Source: Chiloscyllium plagiosum (lineage: Eukaryota). From it: a DNA stretch of 64,000 nucleotides. Made by a program: the position numbers and the translations under genes. Below the pieces are notes generated by a model, which searched no databases, was not told where the DNA came from, and saw only the letters and a list, made by a program, of their open reading frames with translations. Positions 51,245-64,000 of the stretch are shown here, one piece after another. Position 1 is the first letter of the stretch. Each line of letters begins with the position of its first letter. The stretch covers positions 2,776,782-2,840,781 of the forward strand of contig NC_057753.1 in assembly GCF_004010195.1 (NCBI RefSeq), in the 5' to 3' direction.

Positions 51245-51547
51245 ATTTAGATTAGATTACAGTGTGGAAACAGGCCCTTCGGCCCAACAAGTTCACACCG
51301 ACCCGAAACCCACCCATACCCCTACATTTACCCCTTACCTAACATTACAGGAAATTTAGTATGGCCAATTCACCTGATCCTGCACATCTTTGGATGGTGG
51401 GAGGAAACTGGAGCACCCGAAGGAAACCCACGCAGACACGGGGAAAACGTGCAAACTCCACACAGTCAGTCGCCTGAGTCGGGAATTGAACCCGGGTCTC
51501 TGGCGCTGTGAGGCAGCAGTGCTAACCACTGTGCCACCGTGCCACCC
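51245..51547 (-). mobile_element. HE1-like tRNA-derived SINE, full length
   Basis: Complete reverse-complement head (gtgctaaccactgtgccaccgtgcc; gggaattgaacccggg), body and tail. Confidence 0.93.
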
Positions 51548-53371
51548 ACAAATAATGGCCCAGTTTCAGGCGGACGTAGAATTGTGAAGAAGAGTCAGAT
51601 CAAACATGTAACATTCACTCTGTTTCTCTCTCTGCAGATACTGCCAGACATCCTGAGTCTCTCCAGCATTCTCTGTATTTGTTTCAGGTTTCCATCATCT
51701 GCAGTATTTTGATCATCTCAACTGAGGGACAGCCCTGTTTCTCCACACAGTTTATTGTACGTTTAGTTAAAACAACTAAACCCAAACTGCCCCAGCCAAC
51801 TGCAGCTTCTTTAATGTCTCATTTCTCAGGAGGTAAAGAAGTTAAAGTGTCAGTAAAGGGGAAGCAGTGAAAATAAACCAATGGCTGTTCCCTTCTCAGG
51901 GAGGATATGAGTGGCTGGATTTTCTAAATGTGGCTCAGAGAGGTTTATTTCAGGAGTGATCATAATTACTTATTTACTGCAAGTTCCTCACAATCAGTCA
52001 CTGAAACTTCGAGAATTCACACATTTGCTGCAACCCTGTGAATGGTCAAAACACTTTTTAAAAAACACACTGAGCCAAAGCCCTCAACCTTATAACAACT
52101 GCCATTTATGTAGCAGTGTGTACTCACTAAAATTAAGGCAAAACCTTTCAAAAGTGAGGAAATGAACAAATGTTAACACCAAACAAGAAATGTGACCTCA
52201 AGACAATAAATCAAAACATTTGACCAAAAAACTGAAATTGCTGGAGAAACTCAGCAGGTCTGGCAGTGTCTGTGGGGAGAGAAATAGAGTTAATGTTTTC
52301 AGTTCAGTGTGACTCTATTTCAGAAACTTGATCAAATGGTTTGGTCTGAAGCAGAGTCGGAAAGCGAATGGTGGAGAAATGGGATGGGTGAAACTAGAGA
52401 ATAAACAAAAATAGATGCTGGGATCACATTGTGTGATTAATTCACGGCCAGTCATTGTGGTCTCAGCTGGAGATCACCAAACAGAACACAGGATTAGTTA
52501 AATACAGAGCTAGAAATTACTTCTCAGCAGCCTGTGAGAGTGTGCTGTACCACAGGGTGGGATTTGATCCCTGACCTTGAGGTCTGCAGTTAGGGGCACT
52601 GCCAGTGTGCCATAGCACCCTGACCCTGACATTGGTTACACGTCCCACGGGCAGTAGCTTCTCTCAAACAAATGGCTTGAACCATTTGTCATTTCTGTTG
52701 CTGTTCATTCCAAGGCAGTTGTTGATAACACATGAATACACAGTGGGTTTGGGTGATGTCGGGGGGGGGAAAACTTTGTCACCTCAAATGTGCACAAGCT
52801 GCCAGCAGCTCCTGGTCAGACTTTTCAATTAATTAGCTCAAGAACACAGACACACAGTTTAATGGTCAGGTAATTAGATTTTTTATTGAGAAACTGGTTA
52901 TATCAGTGAAATCAAGCACAATTTAAAATATCGGCTGAACAGACTCTGTCAGTGATGATTGACAAAGAAATAAATGAGAAATAAACACAACCAGACCACA
53001 GGCAATAACTGATGTTCCCTATTGTTCATGATGTAATTTGCCAGTCTCTGACTGCAACATTTGAAAGCCATATTAGGTCAAAATGTGGAAGCTGATGAGT
53101 GGATTCGCTCAAACATGATGGAATAAGAACAAATCTCACATGGAGTCACATGGGGAGATATTAGTCTGGGTGAGATTCCACAATGGCAGGTGTGATGAAG
53201 AGGAATTTCATCAGCCAGAGGGTAATGAATCTGTGGAACTCAATACACAGAGGGCTGTAGAGACCAACATATTGAATGTATTTAAGACCGAGACAGACAG
53301 ATTCTGGATCAGTAAGGGGATCAAAGTTTATTTGGAGTGGCCAGGAGAATAAGGTTGAGAAACATGAGATG

Positions 53372-53669
53372 ACATACAGGGTGGAAGCAGGCCCTTCAGC
53401 CCAACAAGTCCACATCGACCCACGAAGCGCAACCCACCCAGACCCATTCCCCTATATTTACCTTTTCACCTAACACTATGGGCAATTTAGCATGGCCAAT
53501 TCACATAACCTGCACATTTTTGGACAGTGGGAGGAAACCAGGGCACCCGGAGGAAACCCACGCAGACACGGGGAGAATGTGCAAACTCCACACAGTCAGT
53601 CGTCTGAGGCGGGAATTGAACCCGGTCTCTGGCGCTGTGAGGCAGCAGTGCTAACCACCGTGCCGCCCA
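53372..53669 (-). mobile_element. HE1-like tRNA-derived SINE, full length
   Basis: Same structure as 51245-51547. It sits inside the 3' UTR of an old plus-strand CR1 fragment (~53125-53745). Confidence 0.92.
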
Positions 53670-53851
53670 TGTGAGTCATGATGGCGAATCAGGCTCCTTG
53701 GACCAAATGGCCTCATTCTGCTCCTATATCTGATAGTCTTATAGATTAGACTGAGAAACAGTAATTGTTTGGGTATATCCCCACACATTGCAAGTAAAGA
53801 CTGCAGTGTCACTGGGCTGTACATTTGCAATGGGCAGAATGAAGCTGGAAG

Positions 53852-55033
53852 GTGTTTGACAAGGTTCCCCACATGAGACTGATTAGCAAGGTTAGATTTC
53901 ATGGAATACAGGGCGAACTAGCCATTTGGATACAGAAGTGGCTCAAAGGTAGAAGACAGAGGAAGGTGGTGGAGGGTTGTTTTTCAGACTGGAGGCCTGT
54001 GACCAGTGGAGCTCCACAAGGATCGATGCTGGGTCCTCTACTTTTTGTCATTTACTTAATTGATTTGGATGCATGCATAAGAGGTACAGTTCGTAAGTTT
54101 GGAGATGACACTTAAATTGGAGGTGCAGTGGACAGCGAAGAGGGTTACCTCAGATTACAACAGGATCTGGACCAGATGGGCCAATGGGCTGAGAAGTGGC
54201 AGATGGAGTTTAATTCAGATAAATGCGAAGTGCTGCATTTTGGGAAAGCAAATCTTAGCAGGACTTATGCACTTAATGGTAAGGTCCTAGGGAGTGTTGC
54301 TGAACAAAGAGACCTTGGAGTGCAGGTTCATAGCTCCTTGAAAGTGGAGTCGCAGGTAGGTCGGATAGTGAAGAAGGCATTCGGTATGCTTTCCTTTATT
54401 GGTCAGAGTATTGAGTACAGCAGTTGGGAAGTCATGTTGCAGCTGTACAGGACATTGGTTAGGCCACTATTGGAATATTGCATGCAATTCTGATCTCCTT
54501 CCTATCAGAAAGATGTTGTGAAACTTGAAAGGGTTCAGAAAAGATTTATAAGGAGGTTGCCAGGGTTGGAGGATTTGAGCTATAGGAAGAGGCTGAACAG
54601 GCTGGGGCTGTTTTCCCTGGAGCGTCAGAGGCTGAGGGGTGACCTTGTAGAGGTTTACAAAATTATGAGGGGCATGGATAAGGTAAATAGGCAAAGTCTT
54701 TTCCCTGGGGTCGGGGAGTCCAGAACTAGTGGACATAGGTTTAGGGTGAGAGGGGAAAGGTATAAAAGAGACCTAAGGGGCAATTTTTTCACACAGAGGG
54801 CGATACGTGTATGGAATGAGCTGCCAGAGGAAGTGGTGGAGACTGGTACAATTGCAACATTTAAGAGACATTTGGATGGGTATATGATTAGGAAGGGTTT
54901 GGAGGGATATGGGCCGGGTGCTGGCAGGTGGGACTAGATTGGGTTGGGATATCTGGTTGGCATGGACGGGTTAGACCGAAGGGTCTGTTTCCATGCTGTA
55001 CATCTCTATGACTCTATGACTCTATGGCTCTCT
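53852..55033 (+). mobile_element. Young CR1 LINE, 5'-truncated (RT to 3' end)
   Basis: Encodes FDKVPH..PQGSMLGPLLF..KFGDD, KWQMEFNSDKCEVLHFG and FFTQRAIRVWNELP, and ends in a (CTATGACT)n tail. Confidence 0.95.
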
Positions 55034-55533
55034 NNNNNNNNNNNNNNNNNNNNNNNNNNNNNNNNNNNNNNNNNNNNNNNNNNNNNNNNNNNNNNNNNNN
55101 NNNNNNNNNNNNNNNNNNNNNNNNNNNNNNNNNNNNNNNNNNNNNNNNNNNNNNNNNNNNNNNNNNNNNNNNNNNNNNNNNNNNNNNNNNNNNNNNNNNN
55201 NNNNNNNNNNNNNNNNNNNNNNNNNNNNNNNNNNNNNNNNNNNNNNNNNNNNNNNNNNNNNNNNNNNNNNNNNNNNNNNNNNNNNNNNNNNNNNNNNNNN
55301 NNNNNNNNNNNNNNNNNNNNNNNNNNNNNNNNNNNNNNNNNNNNNNNNNNNNNNNNNNNNNNNNNNNNNNNNNNNNNNNNNNNNNNNNNNNNNNNNNNNN
55401 NNNNNNNNNNNNNNNNNNNNNNNNNNNNNNNNNNNNNNNNNNNNNNNNNNNNNNNNNNNNNNNNNNNNNNNNNNNNNNNNNNNNNNNNNNNNNNNNNNNN
55501 NNNNNNNNNNNNNNNNNNNNNNNNNNNNNNNNN
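55034..55533. other. Assembly gap (500 N)
   Basis: Run of N. Confidence 1.
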
Positions 55534-55839
55534 AGTGATGTCATTTGTTCCTGTCATGCAATAACCAGACAAATCTAACCACGCAATACGCACACTCCGC
55601 AATGCGCCACTAATGTTTCAAGCAGTTATTTCGTCTTTAATAACATACTCACGCCAGAATCATCTTATTCGCATCGATTCCTTACCTCCACCCTTACAAG
55701 TTTTTTTTTACTTTTTGAAAGTCAGATTGAGCTGAACATTTAAAAATGAAGTTTTGGCGCGAATCACCGCAGGCCAACGGTTATGATAGAGACTCGATGA
55801 GTTTTATACTTTCAATCAGTGAAACAGTCGGTTTACTTT

Positions 55840-56066
55840 TGAAAGTGTTTGTGAAGTGTGGTGCAGAAATGGAACGAGCTGACAGAGGGAGTGGCAAAGG
55901 TGACTAAAATTGCAATATCTTAAAGTCATTTCGAAAGCTACGTAGATAGGGAAGTTGAAAGGGGATATCGGACAATTACAGGCAAATGAGACAAGATTAG
56001 ATTTGGAATCTTGTTCGGCATGGATGCGTTGGGCCAAAGAACATGCTGTAGACCTTCATGACTCTA
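55840..56066 (+). mobile_element. Short CR1 3' fragment
   Basis: tggaacgagctgacagagggagtgg...ttgggccaaag...atgactct. Confidence 0.65.
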
Positions 56067-56349
56067 ACCGAACACGGGCGTTATTCTTGGAGGAACAGAA
56101 AGAGGTGAGGCAGTAGTGTGTAGCATGCACCCCTCGTGGCTAACTCTACCGCCAAGGACGAATGTTGAGTTGGGACATGCAAGAGATCTTGATCGAGAAA
56201 GAGGGAGAACACAAAGTCTGGAATAAATGACACTGCTTCTCTCTCCACAGTGTTACTGGAGCTGCTGGGCTACTACAGGATTTTCAATTTTTACTTCTGA
56301 TTTGCAGCAGCTGCAGTATTTTCATTTTGTTCGATTGATATTATTTTTA

Positions 56350-57015
56350 ATTAGGTTGTGCAGTGATGTCCAACATTTTCGAGACACAAGCGACAGGCAA
56401 TGACCATCTACCACAAAAGTAAGTGTAACTTATTCTCCTTGTCATTCAGTGGAATTGCCATGACTGAAAGCACTATTATCAACTTGGTGGAGGTAATCGG
56501 GGACATGTGTTAAATACTCATTCAGAAGCTGGGAATTCTGCGGAAGGTTTTACATCACCTAACTTCCCAACGACTCCCAAGATTTAAAAGGCTCAACTCA
56601 GGAGTAAGGTGATATACCCGCTGCTTGTGAGGTTCGGTGCAACTCTAACAACACTCAAAAAGTTTAAATTTTCAGGACACGACAGCCCATTTGATTGGAA
56701 ACCCATCCAATATTGAAACTTCCTGGCAGCAGTCAAAACTATTCATACTTTACAGTAAAGTAACTCACTAAGGTCCTCCCGCAGTATTTTTTAAAGTATC
56801 AAATTCAACACCTCGATAGAGCAGAAGATTTATAAGAGCAGCACCAGATGCAAGTTCCCCGCAAGACATGAACTATACTTCTTTCGAAATTTAGCAGCAT
56901 TCATTTTCAGTAGCTACACCAAAATCTTGATAGGCCCTTCCTTACAGCTCTGTGGATTTACCTCCACCCCAGAACTATACACCTTCAAATAAAACATTAT
57001 TGCCTCCTTCTGAAG
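56350..57015 (+). mobile_element. Old fragment of the LINE family at 57965-61161 (post-RT region)
   Basis: Parallels 60400-61080, e.g. cacaag..caggcaatgaccatc, gccatgactgaaagcactattatcaac and acaacactcaa. Confidence 0.6.
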
Positions 57016-57017
57016 GA

Positions 57018-57527
57018 CTTTGGTTAGGCCACATTTGGAGTACTGTGTGCAGTTTTGGTCGCCTCACTTTAGGAAAGATGTGGAAGCTTTGGAGAGGGTG
57101 CAGAGAAGATTTACCAGGATGTTGCCTGGAATGAAGAATAGGTCGAACGAGGATAGGTTGAGCATGCGAGGCCTTTTCTCATTGGAACGGAGAAGGATGG
57201 GGGGTGACTTGATAGAGGTGTATAAGATGATCAGGGGAATAGATAGAGTAGACAATCAGAAACTTTTTCCCCGGGTACAACAGAGTGTTACAAGGGGACA
57301 TAAATTTAAGGTGAAGGGTGGAAGGTATAGGGGAGATGCCAGGGGTGGGTTCTTTACCCAGAGACTGGTGGGGGCATGGAATGCGCTGCCTGTAGGAGTG
57401 GTAGAGTCAGAATCTTTGGTGACCTTTAAGCGGCAATTGGATAGGTACATGGATAGGTGCTTAAGCTAGGACAAATGTTCGGCACAACATCATGGGCCGA
57501 AGGGCCTGTTCTGTGCTGTACTGTTCT
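57018..57527 (+). mobile_element. Young CR1 LINE 3' fragment, same subfamily as 26262-27000
   Basis: Open ORF 57020-57469, nearly identical to 26433-26906. Confidence 0.95.
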
Positions 57528-57742
57528 TAACCTAAACATCGTTGAGCACTATAGGCAATTTAGCATGGTCAATTCACCTAACCTTCACATCTTTTTGGTT
57601 GTGGGAGGAAGACAGCCCCCAGATAAAGCCCACACAACAACGAAGATAATGTGCAAACTCCACACAGACAGTCGCCCGATACTGGGATCAAATCTGGGTC
57701 TCTGCCACTTTGTGGCAGCAGTGCTAATCAATGAGCCACCGT
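57528..57742 (-). mobile_element. HE1-like SINE, older and partial
   Basis: ggcaatttagcatggtcaattcacctaacc..tgtgcaaactccacacagacagtcgccc..ggcagcagtgctaa. Confidence 0.8.
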
Positions 57743-57964
57743 GTCTTACGTTTGGTCAACTGCTGCCGAGTCAGTTCTCTATCCATCAAGCTTGTATACC
57801 CTGGAACCCATGCGATTTCACTTTCCCGATTCATCCCATTCAAAACCTTATCGATAGCCTTTCTGAATATCCTTGGTTTTCACATTAAAAATAAACTGAA
57901 GTTAACATATATTTACTGCAGAGTTTATACTTCCTCCAAAATAACTAGACGGTGCAACTAGAAA

Positions 57965-60900
57965 TTGGAGATGGTGATGGACTCATAGTATTATCGCTTG
58001 ACTATTAATCTAGATACCCAGAATCATGCTCTGTAGACTTGGGTTCGAATTCTGCCATGGCATGAATAAAGACCTTAAATTTAGAGTCGACTGATGACCA
58101 TTAAACTGTTGTCAACTGTTAGAACCCGTTAGGTTCACTAATGCCCTTGAGGGAAGGAAATCTTCCATCTTTACCTTGTCTGGACGGCATGTGACTCCAG
58201 ACACACAGCAATGTGGTTGACTCTCAACTGCCGTCTGAAATGGCCTAGCAAGCCACTCAGACACGCCAATCGCGAGAAAGTCACAATGAAGAAATGAACT
58301 AGGCGGACCACCTGGCATCACCCTTGAAAACGGAAAAGACAATGATAAAACAGCCTTGTCGACGATGCAAAGTCTTCCTTATCAACGTCTTGGTGCTAAT
58401 GCAGAAATTGGGAGAGCTGCCTCACAGACTAGTCGAGCAACAGCCTGACATACTCATTCTTAGAGAGTCATACCTGGCAGATAACACTCCAAACACCAAT
58501 ATTACCATCCCTGGATATGTCCTGTCGCAGTAGCAGGACAGACTCAGCAGAGGTGGTAGCACAATGCTGTGCAGTGTGGAGGGAGTTGTCCCGGGAGTCT
58601 TTGACATCATCTCCAGACCCCGTGAAGTCTCAGCTTAAATGTGAGCAAGGAAAGTTCTTACAGGTTACCACATACCGACCTCATTCAGCTCATGAATTAG
58701 TACTCTTCCATGTTGAACGGCACTTGGAGGAACTACTGACGGTGGCAAGGGCACAGAATGTACTCTGGATGGGAGATTTCAATCTCCACCACCAAGAGTG
58801 GCTCGGAATCAGCATTACTGACCGAGCTGGCCGGGTCGGCATATAACTGCTAAACTGGGTCTGCGGCAGTTGGTGAAGGAACTAACAAGAGGAAAAAAAA
58901 ACATATATGACCTCATTCTTACAAATCTGCCTGTTGCTGAAGCATGTCCAAGACCGCACAGGTAAAACTTGACACTGCCTCTTCTTGTTCAGACCAAGTC
59001 CCGCCATCACATTGAGAACAAAATCCATCGTTTTGTGTGGCATATCACCTTGCTGAATGGAGCACACTTTAAACCGATTTAGTAGCTCAAGACTGGGCAT
59101 CCATGAGGCGCTGTGGGCCATCACCAGCAGCAGAACTGTACTCCAGAACAATCTGCAAACTCATGGTCTGGCATATTCCCCCACTCAGCAATTACCATCA
59201 AGCCAGTGGATCAACCCCAGTTCAATGGAGAGTGCAGCATGGCATGCCAGCAGCAGCACCAGGCATACCTAACAATCAAGTGTCAACATGATGAAGCGAC
59301 CAACCTGGAGTAATTGCATGCCAAACAGTAGAAAGAGTAAGTCATAGACAGAGCAAAGCAATCCCACAAACAACGGATCAGATCTAAGCTCTGCAGTTTT
59401 CCCACATCAACTCATGAATGTTAGTGGCCAATTAAAAAACTCAGGAGGAAGCTTCACAAATATCCTAATCTTCCATGATGGAGAGGCTTAGCATATCAGT
59501 GCAAAGGGTAAGGCTGATGCATTCACAACAGTCTTCAGACAGGATGTCCAGTGGATGATGCGTCTCGGGTTGCTCCAGTCGTCCACTGCATCACAGTACC
59601 AGTCTCCAGCCAATTCGATTCACTCCACATGATAATAGAAACAGCTGGAAGCACTGGATACTACAAAGATAATGGACCCTGCTAACATTCCAGCAATAGT
59701 ACTGAAGACATGTGCTCCAAAACGTGCCGCTCCCCAAGCCAAGCTCTTCCAGCAGTTACAGCACTGGATTCTATCCGACAATGTGGAAAATTGCACAAGT
59801 ATGTTCTGCACACAAGAAGCAGGAGAAATCCAACCTGGCCAATTATCGCTCAATCAGTCTACTCCATTATCAGTAAAGCGATAGAAGGGGCCATCGTCCG
59901 TGCTATCAAGTAACACATACTCAGCAGCAACCTGTTCAGTATTGCCCAGTTTGCTTTTCGCCAGAGTCACTGAGCACCTGATCTCTTTTCAGCCTTGGTT
60001 CAAGCATGGACAAAAGAGCTGAACTGCGGAGGTGGGTTGAGTGGCAGCATTTAATATCAGGGACACATTTGACCGAGTATGGCATCAAGGCACCCTTGAA
60101 AACCTGGAATAAATGGGTTTCGGGGGGCGGATAGTCCGCTGGTGATAATCATGCTTGGCACGATGGAAGATTGTTGTGCTTGTGCATGGTCAATCATCTC
60201 AGCTCCAGGATATCACAGCAAGTGTCCCTCCACTTAGTGTCCTCGGCCCAACAATCTTAAGTTGCTTCATTAATGACTTTCCCTCTGTCATAACGTCAGA
60301 AATGAGCATGTTGGCCCGTGATTGCATAGTTTTAACCACCATTTCTTACTCCTCAGACACTGAAGCAGACTGTGCTCAAATGCAACAAGATCTGGACAAT
60401 ATCCAGGCTTGGGTCCACAAGTGGCAAATAACATTCGTGTCACACAAAGGCCGCGCAATTAGCATCACCAATAAGAGGCACTCTGACAACCACCCCTTGA
60501 CGTTCAACGGTATTACCATCACTGAATCCTCCACTATCAACATGCTTGGGGTTACCATTAAGCAGGGACTGAAATGGACTCACCACTTCACCACAGTGGC
60601 TAATAGACCATGTGGGAAACGAGGGATACTGTAGCGAGTAACTCACCTCCAGAAACCCCAAATTCTATCTACCGCAAGTCAGAAGTGTAATGGAATACTC
60701 CCCACATGCCTGGATCGTGCGGCTCAAACAACACTCAAGAACAAAGTAACCCGCTTGATTGGTACCACATCTGCAAACATTCAATCCGTCCACCACCGAT
60801 GCTCAGGAGCAAATATATGTCCTATCTACGAGATGCACTGCCGAAATTCACCAAAGATCCTTAGGCATTATCTTCCAGGGCCAAAGATACTTCCATCATG

Positions 60901-61161
60901 AAGGACAAGAGCAGCAGATACTTGGGAACACCACTACCTACAAGATACTCCACCCACAGTTGGATATGTACTGCCGTTCCTTCACAGACTTAAGAAGAAA
61001 ATCATGGAATTCACTACGCACTGCTATTGTGGTTCAACATACAGCAAGTGCACTTAGCGAATCAAGAAGGCAGCTCACCACTATCTTTTTCAAGACAAAT
61101 ATGGATGGGCTATAAATGCTGACCAGCCTGACAAGCCCAAGTCACGCAAATGAATAAAAAA
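57965..61161 (+). mobile_element. Apparently full-length, decayed single-ORF LINE (APE endonuclease + RT; CR1/L2-group-like) with a tRNA-like/SINE-like 5' head
   Basis: The head (57965-58062) has a B box GGTTCGAATTC at 58042-58052. The endonuclease shows KVFLINV..L..KLGEL..QQPDILILRESYL, TTYRPH, WMGDFNLHH and DLILTN. The RT shows GPANIP-like, FDRVWH, SVLGPT and INDFPS. The element ends tgaataaaaaa. Confidence 0.8.
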
Positions 61162-61775
61162 CAATCTGTCACTGCATTCAAACTGAGTACTGTGTTTATC
61201 CATTGTGATTGCATTCAGAATTTTCTAATATTGGCAATTAGGTAAGCCGTTTAGACCAGTGTTAATGCAATGATTTTTTGATCTTTGTAAAGTATCTGCT
61301 TCCACATTAGCCATTAGATGTTGATAGCAATATGCCACATTTATATGGTAAGTTAATACTTGACAACAGTAAATTCGTTCATTTGTGTAGAAGTAATATT
61401 GTTGTTTACTACAATCAATGGAACGTTTTTTCTTTATTGAGAACATTCCCGAACAATCATTCTTGGATTGTATCAGCAATGTTAAGTCTTGGTAACATTT
61501 AAAGAGTCGATCCCTGTGCACAAAAAAAAATGAAATGAATACAGAGGGGAAAAATAAACTACCGTAAATTCACAGGGTATAGACTATGTACATAAGGTAC
61601 CTGGATGAATGTTTCGTGGAACAAACTATGATAGATACATATACAGACAAAAAAAACGTGAAAGCGATTGAGACAGACATGTAGAGACTAAGAGTTACAG
61701 ATATTTGCATGAAGAACTTCTATTACCCATTTGGGAACTTTTGGCTCTGAAATAGTTTAAGTGACTTTTTGCTGC

Positions 61776-62027
61776 CCTGCAATGGTGGTTCGATGGTTAG
61801 TATTGCTGCTTCATCGCGCAAGGGTCCCAGGTTCGATTCCATGCCTCCGGCAACTGTCTGCGTGGAGTTTGCATATTGTCAGCGTGGGCTTTCTACCACA
61901 GTCCAAAGATATGCCGGTCAGGCGAATTGACCATGTTAAATTGGGTCTGGGTGGGTTACTCTGCGGAGTGTCGGTGTGGACTTGTTGGGCCGAAGGGCCT
62001 GTTTCCACACAGCAGGGAATCTAATCT
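61776..62027 (+). mobile_element. HE1-like SINE, diverged
   Basis: ggttagtattgctgc..caggttcgattcc..gtggagtttgca..gggccgaagggcctgtttccacac..aatctaatct. Confidence 0.85.
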
Positions 62028-63584
62028 GGAAGCTTGGTATGCGTTTTCCATTTTAAGAACCGTGTTTTGAAGGAGCTCTGGTCTTCCATTTCAAAGCCAA
62101 ACTGGAAGTCAGGTCTTGCGAAGTTCTAAGAAAACAAAAGGGTAGTTTAGATTGTACGTCTGTGGAACATGCTTATGCTGGTGTGTACCAGGAGCTTGGA
62201 AGGGATGCATTTCGTCTCGTAAATTTTACAGTCCGAGAGATAGACTGACACATGAAATTAAATATGGAAAATCCATTATTTTGGGTCCAAATCACCTTTC
62301 AAATAAATTATCCAGATCTGCCAAACATTTGAATGGACGAATTGCTTCGAAGTGGAAGGCAAATAGATTTTACAAGAAAGTTCCATTGCTTGCAGCTTTG
62401 CGTCTCTGCATGTTGTGACTTTGAAATTGCCCAAGTTGAATGTTCAAGTATGCAATGCTTCTTTCGTTTAATTATAATACTAGAAATCTCTTATTTCCAA
62501 CCAAAATAATAAAAAGCTGAATGTCTGTCCAGTTTAAATTGTAGGCTTATCAATGTCTTGTTTGTCCTTCTGCATGTACTGTGGTTGTCGTTAGTATCGA
62601 GTTCAAAACTAGTACAAAATTGAAGGCATGTATTCCATTGTAAGGACAGCATTTGACTTCACCACGAAACGCTTGAAGTGAGGAACTTTATTATTTCCAG
62701 ACGCGGGCTTCACAAAGTCCTGCATTAAGTATCAAATGTAGAATTTGCAATAATGTTGAAAAACAAGTAAGTGCCAAAAAATTTCATTACAATAATTTCC
62801 TCATTCCCAAATTTCTGAAATGGCACTCAAGTTCTCAATTGCTGATTCGAATGCAACATTTCATTAACTTTTTCGGCAGTCATGGCTCATATTGTCAGCC
62901 CAGGTTTGTTTTGACGCAACGATTTACATTGGTTATGAAGCTGCATTCAAAATAACAAGTCAAGGTTTGACGCTCTGCTTCTACAGTGTCTTGGAAGTGA
63001 CCTGCTTATAAACCAGGCAGGAAAATTATCATAAACTGCTGCCGTCACCTTGAAGACGGGTTTCAAGTTTCGCGTTCTATGTTCATTGATAATTCAAGAC
63101 AGTTTTGGCAGAGTTATTTAATTTGTTCCTCGCTGTTTCAAAGAACCGAAGGCCTTACTATTTCTAATCAGTTCAAATTTAAGCACATCAGGCCCAGCAG
63201 GAGTGCAGTCTGTCAGCAACCTAAATAAATACATCTAAACTCGTACGTGAACACGTGGACTTAACGACTGAAGCTGAGTTGTGTTCTGGGAAAGGAGGCA
63301 AAAATAATATTGCAAGGGGAATGGAGGAAGTAACAGACAGCCTACAACTACTTCGTGTGAGTTTTTCTTTTGTTTTTTGTTATAATAGAGGTGCAGAGAA
63401 AGAAAGAAAAGAAAAGAGTCAGCGAGCCGAGGAAACTGAGGGACATAAGAATCTGGTGAAATGTCTTTTATCATATGCAGTCCAAAACATAAGACGTTAA
63501 TGCTGCACACTTGGAACAAAGTACTTTCAAATAAAGGTGGGTTTGTTTCTCTTTTTTTAAAATCTGATCTCCTATAACGTTAGT

Positions 63585-63990
63585 GTCATAAAGTCAGAGA
63601 GATCTACAGCATAGAATATTACCATTCAGTCCACATTTCCATGCTGGGGAAAACGACCATATTCTGCAAATTCCATTTTCCAACACCCATGCCATTGCTT
63701 TGGATACATAGAATTAACAGCATGGAAAGTGACCCTTCAGACCAACCCGTTCGCACTGACCAGCTATCTGACTGACCTATCCCATTTGCCAACGTTTGTG
63801 AACAGTTTTGGGCACTGCATACACGGCAGAGTGTGCTGACATAGGCGAGTTCTGAGAGGTTAACAAGGATGATCCCAGGGATGAAGGGCTTATCATATGA
63901 GTAGCGATTGCCGACTCTAGGACTGTGTTCGAAGGAGTGTAGAAGGATGGCGGGAGGTATCTTTGAAACAGAATACGGAGAGCACTGTCT
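63585..63990. mobile_element. Short CR1 fragments (two minus-strand tails and one plus-strand piece)
   Basis: gtcataaagtcagagagatctacagcatag.., acagcatggaaagtgacccttcagaccaac and gagaggttaacaaggatgatcccagggatgaaggg. Confidence 0.55.
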
Positions 63991-64000
63991 AGAGTCAATT

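Noticed and set aside
62701..62766. Possible 66-nt internal exon (ttatttccag|...caa|gtaagt)
   Set aside because: No recognisable peptide or partner exons; such signals arise by chance in AT-rich DNA.

Overview
Eukaryotic, AT-rich, repeat-saturated DNA, almost certainly from a cartilaginous fish (shark): it carries HE1-type tRNA-derived SINEs and many CR1-clade LINE copies with the same 3' tail. No intact protein-coding gene was found. The only host genes are two tandem, same-strand, two-exon class A GPCR pseudogenes of the GPR139/GPR142-like type (18635-32862 and 46917-49117), each with a 70-nt first exon and a phase-1 intron. The rest is mostly mobile DNA: a decayed Gypsy gag-protease, a probable solo LTR, about 20 CR1 fragments including nested insertions, a Rex1/Babar LINE, nine HE1-like SINEs, and a Penelope-like fragment with a minimal hammerhead ribozyme. 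There is also a dispersed inverted-repeat family with decayed hammerhead cores, and a ~3.2 kb single-ORF LINE whose 5' end is a tRNA-like/SINE-like head. A ~1.4 kb unit is triplicated at 3.9-9.1 kb, and there are three assembly gaps. Repeat boundaries are approximate because they were read by eye, and family names rest on recalled motifs rather than database searches.
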